Source of the DNA: Planctomycetota bacterium
Lineage (GTDB): Bacteria; Planctomycetota; B15-G4
Reading direction: 5' to 3'
DNA length: 64,000 nucleotides
Assembly: GCA_029259695.1 (NCBI GenBank)
Contig: JAJDEQ010000144.1
Location: 1,501-65,500 of the forward strand
The translations under genes were made by a program, and so were the position numbers. Within the stretch, counting starts at the first letter, position 1. Every line of letters begins with the position of its first letter. The notes under the pieces were generated by a model that worked only from the letters and a program-made list of their open reading frames with translations, had not been told where the DNA came from and did no database searches. Shown piece by piece: positions 58,167 through 64,000 of the stretch.

Positions 58167-58196
58167 TTGACGGTTTACGGGAAGGGGGGGTAGACT
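58167..58196 (+). promoter_or_regulatory. sigma70-type promoter for the di-heme enzyme, with G7 run in the spacer
   Basis: TTGACG (58167-58172), 18-bp spacer ending in GGGGGGG (58184-58190), TAGACT (58191-58196), within an AT-rich intergenic region. Confidence 0.6.
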
Positions 58197-58320
58197 TTCG
58201 TCATTCCATGGGTGCGCAAGCGTTCTGCCCACCTTGGTCGATGACTGAGTTCCCTGCTCCAGGGCACTCCTCCCGATTCTGACCCACTCTCCCTGGCCCT
58301 CCAGCTCCACCGAGGTCTCT

Positions 58321-59994
58321 ATGCACCGCTCCCGATTCTTCATGCTCCCGCTGGCGTTGTTCGCCGTTGCGGCTCTCGGCCCCGCTGTCACCGCTCAAGG
58401 TGACGTCGGCCTTCCCAATCCTCCGGAGCACCCGGACGAAAACCAGCTGCTGCCCAATCAGGACATCCTGGGCAAGTTCCTGTTCTGGGAAGAGCAGATG
58501 AGCGGCGACAACACCATGGCCTGCGGCACGTGCCACATCCACGAGGCGGGCGGCAGTGACCCCCGCACGTTCAACGGCAACCACCCCGGTCCCGACGGCA
58601 TGTTCGGCACCGACGATGACATCGGTGGCTCCGTCGGCGTGGTGGCCTTCGACCGCGTGTCGAAGGAGTACGTCCACGAAGGCACGTTCTTCCCCGGGCC
58701 CCAGAGCACCGGTCGCAAGACGCCCACGACGGTCAACGCCGCGCACTTCACCAACGTCGGCCTCTTCTGGGACGGCCGTGCCGTGCAGGAGTTCGTCGAC
58801 CCGGTGACCGGCCTGGTCGAGATCATGTTCGCTGGTGGCATGGAGAGCCAGGCTGCCGGCCCGCCCGAGTCCGACGTCGAGATGGGTGGTCTGAACCAGA
58901 CCTGGGAGCAGATCGTGGTCAAGCTGGGCGGCGTCAAGCCGCTGGCGCTCGCGACCAACATCCCGGCTGACATGACCGGCTTCCTCGCCGCGAACCCGAC
59001 CTACGGCGACATGATGACTGCCGTGTACGGAACGCCTGAGATCACCGCCAAGCGCGTGATCTTCGCCATCGCCAACTACGAGCGCACCCTGATCTCCGAT
59101 CAGAGCCCGCTCGACGACGACCTGAACGGCGTCGCCAGCCTGCCCACGAACCTGCAGGACGGTCTCGACCTGTTCAACGGTGATGCGAACTGCGCTGCGT
59201 GCCACACGCTGCCCTTCACCTCGGACCTGGCCTTCCACAACATCGGCCTCCGTCCGGACGCCGAGGACATCGGGCTCGAGGCTGTCACCGGCAGCTTCTT
59301 CGACAAGGCCAAGTTCAAGACGCCGAACATCCGCAACTCCAAGCTGCGCACCCCGTTGTTCCACAACGGCTCGCGCGACACGGTCGCGGAGGTCATCGAC
59401 TTCTACAACGACGGCGGCGACTTCAACGACAACGGTCTGCTCGACGAGAACATGCAGGCGCTGGACCTCACCGAGGCGCAGAAGACCCTGCTGATCGACC
59501 TGGTCGAGATCGGCATGACCGACCCGCGCCTCGAAGCCGGCACGTTCCCCTTCACCCGTCCCACGCTGCGCAGCGAGCTGCCCCCGCTCAACACCCAGTA
59601 CGGTGTCGAGAGCCTGAGCGGCACGGGTGTGGCCCCGCTCGTGTTGTCCGGTCACCCGGCGAACCTCGGCAACACCGAGTTCCTGCTGGGCGTCGACGAT
59701 GCCACGCCGAGCCAGCCCGCCGTCGCCGCGTTCGCGTTCGACGACGATCCGGCCGGCACGCTGCTTCCGGATCCGCGCTTCCCGGTGCCGGTGAACCTCG
59801 ACCTGTCGTCGCTGTTCCTGATCCTGAACACGAGCACGGATGCGTTCGGTGTCGCCTCGGTCAACCTGGCGATCCCGAACAACCCGGCCGTGATGGGCGT
59901 GACCATCTACGCTCAGTGGTTCATCGCCGATGCGGCGGCGACCACGACGGGTGGTGTGTACGGCAGCAAGGGCGTCGAGATTCCCCTGCTCTGA
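58321..59994 (+). CDS. Di-heme cytochrome c peroxidase/MauG superfamily protein with C-terminal beta domain
   Basis: Signal peptide; two CxxCH (CGTCH, CAACH); LFWDGRA, FKTPNIRN, FHNGS..V.EVIDFY; C-terminal ~130-aa extension. Confidence 0.9.
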   Translation: MHRSRFFMLPLALFAVAALGPAVTAQGDVGLPNPPEHPDENQLLPNQDILGKFLFWEEQMSGDNTMACGTCHIHEAGGSDPRTFNGNHPGPDGMFGTDDDIGGSVGVVAFDRVSKEYVHEGTFFPGPQSTGRKTPTTVNAAHFTNVGLFWDGRAVQEFVDPVTGLVEIMFAGGMESQAAGPPESDVEMGGLNQTWEQIVVKLGGVKPLALATNIPADMTGFLAANPTYGDMMTAVYGTPEITAKRVIFAIANYERTLISDQSPLDDDLNGVASLPTNLQDGLDLFNGDANCAACHTLPFTSDLAFHNIGLRPDAEDIGLEAVTGSFFDKAKFKTPNIRNSKLRTPLFHNGSRDTVAEVIDFYNDGGDFNDNGLLDENMQALDLTEAQKTLLIDLVEIGMTDPRLEAGTFPFTRPTLRSELPPLNTQYGVESLSGTGVAPLVLSGHPANLGNTEFLLGVDDATPSQPAVAAFAFDDDPAGTLLPDPRFPVPVNLDLSSLFLILNTSTDAFGVASVNLAIPNNPAVMGVTIYAQWFIADAAATTTGGVYGSKGVEIPLL

Positions 59995-60026
59995 TCCACG
60001 CCTGACTTCTCTTCGCGAGACGTCCG

Positions 60027-60060
60027 CGGGCGTCGCGGTCCTTCGGGGCTGCGGCGCCCG
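60027..60060 (+). terminator. GC-rich hairpin downstream of the di-heme gene
   Basis: cgggcgtcgcggtcc-TTCG-gggctgcggcgcccg: 15-bp stem with G-U pairs and a UUCG loop; weak T tail. Confidence 0.6.
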
Positions 60061-60194
60061 TTCGCGTTGAGCGGGAGCTCCGGATGCCGTGCTTCGGGCC
60101 GCGCGGTGAGCGCGGACTCGGACGAGCGTCGTGCGGGCGCTGGCCCCGAGGCTGTGCCCCGGTCCGGCCGGTTCCGGTTCGTTCGGAGCAGGCC

Positions 60195-60241
60195 GGGTCG
60201 GGTGGTCGGGTCGGGAGGTCGGGTCGGGAGGTCGGGTCGGG
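60195..60241. repeat. 13-bp G-rich tandem repeat (x3.6)
   Basis: gggtcgggtggtc, gggtcgggaggtc x2, gggtcggg. Confidence 0.85.
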
Positions 60242-60270
60242 TGTGCCGGGCCGGGTCAGGTTCGTTCGGG

Positions 60271-61854
60271 TCAGCGCGGTGCGCAGGGCTCGGCGAAGTA
60301 CACGTCCTGGCGGTCAGTGCTGGGGCCGACGTAGCCGAGCTGGGTCATGCGCTCCAGCTCCTCGTCCGACACGCCGAGTTCCATCGCCTTCTGGTGCTGC
60401 GGCTCACGCTTCCACGCTTCGAGAGCCTGGCGCAGGGAGGCGATGGGCGCGGGCAGGTTGGCGTCGTCGTCGAGGGTCGCCGGATCGAGGTGCACCAGCA
60501 GGTCGTGCTGCTGGCCCGGATCGACCGACAGGTCGTAGGCCTCGAAGCAGCGCATGGCAAAGCCCTGCGGCGCACTCGGCGGGGCGCTGTTGTACGGCGA
60601 CTTGCGCGGATGGACGTGGAAGCGGTTGTCGATGTACAGCCAGCGTCCGTCGGACACGGCGTAGATCAGGTCCTGCCACTCGACGAACGAGTACGGCCGG
60701 GGGGACGCGGAGGCGCTGCCGTCGATCAACCCGCCCAGTGACGCGCCTTCCATGTCGGTGGGCACGTCGAGGCCCAGCAGGTCCAGCACGGTGGGGGCCA
60801 GGTCGACGTTCTGGACGTGGCTCGTCACCCGGCGCGGATCGATGCCCGGTCCGCTGATCACCAGCGGGACGCGCACCGTCCCATCGTAGATCGATGCACC
60901 GTGATAGAAGTACCGGTTGCGGTCGTAGAGCTCTTCGCCGTGGTCCGCGGTGAACACGATGATCGTGTCGTCGTCCAGGCCGCGCTCGCGGAGCTTCTCG
61001 AGGATGCGGCCCAGGCGTGCGTCGGTGGCCTTGACCGTGGCGTCGTACAGGCCGCGTACGGCGCGCAGCTCCGCGTCCGGGACGTCCCGGGCCCCGAGCG
61101 TGATCGCGCCGAGGTGGGACTCGAGGTTGTGTGCCGAGCGCGGGCCGGGCGCCGCGAGGACCTTCGGCTGGAGCGGTGCCGAGGTGTCGAGGTTGGCGTA
61201 GCCGTCGGGCGGGTTGTACGGCTTGTGGATGTCGTAGAAGTGCACCCAGGCGGCGAAGGGCTGCTCGGCGCTGCGTCCGTCGAGGAACTCCAGGGTCGCG
61301 CGTTCCACGCGCTCGTCCCAGCGCTGCTGGAACATGCTCTCCATGCGCGACTCGGCGCCCCGGTTGCCCTGGAAGCCGTCGGCCGACACGTCCGCGCCGC
61401 GGTAGACCCAGTTGTCGGCCGGCCACTCGCGCTGGAAGTTGGCCACGAACACGCCGGTCTGGTAACCGGCGCCCTGCAGCATCTGCATCAGGGTGGTGTG
61501 CTCGGTGCCCAGCGTGTGCACGTTCTCGCGCACTCCCGTCGTGATCGGGAACTTGCCGGTGAGCATCGATGCGACCGACGGGTGGGTCTGGCCGCGGGTC
61601 GCGCGGCACTGATCGAAGACCACCCCGCGGCTGGCGAGGGCGTCGGCATGGGGCGACGGCGAACTGCTCCACTCGTCGTTCCCGTAGGAGCCGAGCCGGT
61701 CGGCGCGCAACGTGTCGAACGAGACGATCAACAGGTTGGGGCCGTCGGGCGCCGAGGAGCCGCAGCCCGTCAGGCAGGCCGCGAGCGCAAGCCCTGCGAA
61801 CGCGGAGCTCGCGCGACGCGGGAGCGCCTGGGTACCACCGGTTGTGTCCGTCAA
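60271..61854 (-). CDS. Sulfatase-like lipoprotein, Thr-type
   Basis: Lipobox LTGC; VSFDTLRADRL, GQTHPSVASMLTG, HFYDIHKPY, ADHGEEL, RVPLVI. Confidence 0.87.
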   Translation of the reverse strand: MTDTTGGTQALPRRASSAFAGLALAACLTGCGSSAPDGPNLLIVSFDTLRADRLGSYGNDEWSSSPSPHADALASRGVVFDQCRATRGQTHPSVASMLTGKFPITTGVRENVHTLGTEHTTLMQMLQGAGYQTGVFVANFQREWPADNWVYRGADVSADGFQGNRGAESRMESMFQQRWDERVERATLEFLDGRSAEQPFAAWVHFYDIHKPYNPPDGYANLDTSAPLQPKVLAAPGPRSAHNLESHLGAITLGARDVPDAELRAVRGLYDATVKATDARLGRILEKLRERGLDDDTIIVFTADHGEELYDRNRYFYHGASIYDGTVRVPLVISGPGIDPRRVTSHVQNVDLAPTVLDLLGLDVPTDMEGASLGGLIDGSASASPRPYSFVEWQDLIYAVSDGRWLYIDNRFHVHPRKSPYNSAPPSAPQGFAMRCFEAYDLSVDPGQQHDLLVHLDPATLDDDANLPAPIASLRQALEAWKREPQHQKAMELGVSDEELERMTQLGYVGPSTDRQDVYFAEPCAPR

Positions 61855-61879
61855 CGCTCTCGCCGTTCGCGGGGCGGGC

Positions 61880-64000
61880 TCAGAACAGGAACGACCACAC
61901 GTCGAGACCGTTCTGCGACCAGAAGTGTCCGAGGAAGGTCAGTGTACGGGTCGTGTCGCGGTCGGGTTGGAGTCGCCGGCCGTTGTTGTTCACGTCCAGG
62001 TCGATCAGGAACAAGCGGTCGGGGTCGACGACGACTTCGACCAGTCGGCTGCCGCTCTCGTAGTCGAAGCGCTTGCGCCCGCCGCGGCCGTCCCACGTGT
62101 CGCGCTGGGTCGAGCCGTCCGCGAAGCGCGCCTCGATCGCCACGGGAGCCTCGATCTCGCCGAGCTGGCGCACGGTGTAACGGGTGCGCCAGGGCCCCGG
62201 CTCGACCGCGGTCGGGTCCTCGGCCGGTTCGGCGCCGCCCGGCTGGGGCGGGCCCGCGTCCTCGAAGAAGCTGCCCAGCAGCGCGCCGAGTTCGGCGAAC
62301 CAGCCGGCGTCCTGCTCGTCGTCGTCGTCGGCAGCTTCGGGATCGCCGGTCGGACGCGACCAGGTGACCGGGTCACCGGGCCGGGCCTGGGGGGTGTAGC
62401 CGGTCAGGGCGCGCACGCGTCGGGATGTGACGTCCTGGACGCAGAAGTCGAGCGCGCCGTCGGTGGTGATCAGCTGGCGCAGCCAGGTGTCGTGACGGCT
62501 CTCAGTCTGCTCGCTCACGAGCGCCAGGAAGTCGTCGCCGTCGGGGTGCGCGAAACGGTACTCGGCCACGTAGGCGCGCATCACGGCCTGCATGCCCTCG
62601 AAGCCGATGTGGTTTTCCAGCGTCTTCAACACGAGCGAGGCCTTGCTGTAGACGAGCGGCCCGTAGTTGCCCCGATCGAACTCCCGCGAGGGCGTGGTCA
62701 AGGGCAGTTCCCGCGCCGCTTCGTAGTAGCGGTCCTTGCTCCAGGCCGACCGCCGGGCGCCGCTGTCGTCACGCCACCACGAACCCACGCGCGGCACGCT
62801 GTAGCCGAGCAGGGTGGGGCGCTTGGCAGGCTTGGCCGGCAGCGTGTCGTGGAACGGGCTGCGATCCCAGCCGATCAGGTCCGCCAGGGACACGGGGCGC
62901 GTCGGTATCAACAACTCGGCGTCCTGCGAACCGTTGAGGAACGTGCGCAGCAGGTCGCGTTCCACCAACGTGATCGCGTCGGGGAGCTGTCGCTCGCCGA
63001 AGTGGTGATCGAGCATGGCGTCGGTGGCCCACGAGTTGACGCCCTCGTCCAGCCAGGCCTCGGCGAACTCGTTGCTGGCCATGATCCCGTACCAGTACTG
63101 GTGGCCGAACTCGTGCGCCGTCACGCCCGCGGGGGCTTCCATGCCGTCGACCAGGGCCCCGAGGTGGTTCGGGAAGCGCTGGCTGATGGTGAACAGCATG
63201 GGGTACTCCATGCCGCCGCCCAGGCTGTGGGGCAGCCCGTCGATCACGATCCGGTCGTACGGGTACGCCATCCAGTGCGTGCCGGCGAAGTCGAGGCAGC
63301 TCTTGACCACGGCGATCACCTGCTGCGCCTTGGGCATCGCGTACGGCTGGCACAGGTAGACGATCTCCACGTCCCGCGGCACGTCGCTCAGGTAGGTGAA
63401 GCTGTCGACCACGCGCTCGGCGTGCGGCGACGCGACGAAGGCGAAGTCGTGGACGTCTCGGGCGCGGTAGCGCACGCGCCGGGTGCCGTCGGCGTCGGTG
63501 CGGCGCTCGCCGGGCAGACCCGTCGCCTCGAGTTCGACGTGGCCCGGGTAGTGGAAGCTCACGTCGTAGCTACCGAAGTCGGCGAAGAACTCACCCATGC
63601 GGTGGAACTGGCTGGTGATCCAGCCCTGCTCGGCGTCGTGGGCGCAGAACTTCGGGTACCACTGCATGCCGTCGAGGTGCTCCCCGGTGGATCCCATGCG
63701 CGCGAACACGTGCGGGAAGCGCGTGACGAACTCGATCGCCAGGGTGACCCGTTCACCGGGCGCCACGGGGGCCGGCAGGCGCACGTGCATCAGCGTGTCG
63801 TCGATGACGGTCGCGTCGCCCAGGTCCGGGCCGTCGGCCAGGCGCACCGAGCGGATGTCGAGGTAGCCACCCAGCTCCTCGCCGCGGCGGCCCACGCCGC
63901 CGGTCTCGCCGCCGCGCATCCAGTTGGTCTCGGTGTTGGCGAAGCCGGCGGCGTACAGGTGCAGCCAGAGATCGGGCACCGCCCGCTCGCTGGTGTTGAT
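61880..64000 (-). CDS. M1 family zinc aminopeptidase, 5'-truncated by the window
   Basis: GGGMEYP and HEFGHQYW...EAWLDEG (HExxH-x18-E); QWYPKF; frame open to the window end. Confidence 0.9.
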   Translation of the reverse strand: MNTSERAVPDLWLHLYAAGFANTETNWMRGGETGGVGRRGEELGGYLDIRSVRLADGPDLGDATVIDDTLMHVRLPAPVAPGERVTLAIEFVTRFPHVFARMGSTGEHLDGMQWYPKFCAHDAEQGWITSQFHRMGEFFADFGSYDVSFHYPGHVELEATGLPGERRTDADGTRRVRYRARDVHDFAFVASPHAERVVDSFTYLSDVPRDVEIVYLCQPYAMPKAQQVIAVVKSCLDFAGTHWMAYPYDRIVIDGLPHSLGGGMEYPMLFTISQRFPNHLGALVDGMEAPAGVTAHEFGHQYWYGIMASNEFAEAWLDEGVNSWATDAMLDHHFGERQLPDAITLVERDLLRTFLNGSQDAELLIPTRPVSLADLIGWDRSPFHDTLPAKPAKRPTLLGYSVPRVGSWWRDDSGARRSAWSKDRYYEAARELPLTTPSREFDRGNYGPLVYSKASLVLKTLENHIGFEGMQAVMRAYVAEYRFAHPDGDDFLALVSEQTESRHDTWLRQLITTDGALDFCVQDVTSRRVRALTGYTPQARPGDPVTWSRPTGDPEAADDDDEQDAGWFAELGALLGSFFEDAGPPQPGGAEPAEDPTAVEPGPWRTRYTVRQLGEIEAPVAIEARFADGSTQRDTWDGRGGRKRFDYESGSRLVEVVVDPDRLFLIDLDVNNNGRRLQPDRDTTRTLTFLGHFWSQNGLDVWSFLF

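Overview
Window from a high-GC bacterial chromosome. The many lipoproteins, sulfatase-like proteins, FG-GAP/SBBP surface proteins and Carboxypeptidase-regulatory-like repeat proteins suggest a Planctomycetota-like organism (inference only). Housekeeping genes: pckG, trxB, xseA/xseB (split by two sulfatase-like genes), hutH-hutU, a Cys/Met PLP lyase, a divergent transketolase, a cold-shock protein, a YyaL thioredoxin-domain protein and an ECF sigma/anti-sigma/Spy-like module. Two compositionally atypical segments lie at about 1-3.2 kb (AAA+ ATPase, TM2-domain membrane protein, bounded by a REP-like inverted repeat) and about 29.9-34.0 kb (DUF2442 with an internally deleted DUF4160 partner, GNAT, orphan exported proteins). 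Highlights: (i) a 60-aa bacterial histone-fold gene (49350-49532); (ii) a conserved ~125-aa C-terminal domain on three unrelated exported proteins, a candidate sorting or anchoring signal; (iii) an hcrCAB-like molybdo-flavoenzyme with the HcrB 4-Cys insert; (iv) an sxtJ/I/K-like carbamoyltransferase module; (v) a MauG-type (Tyr-ligated) di-heme enzyme; (vi) three Thr-type sulfatase-like lipoproteins; (vii) short tandem repeats at convergent gene ends and inside genes. I saw no rRNA, tRNA or CRISPR array. All family assignments come from motif recognition by eye; no searches were run.
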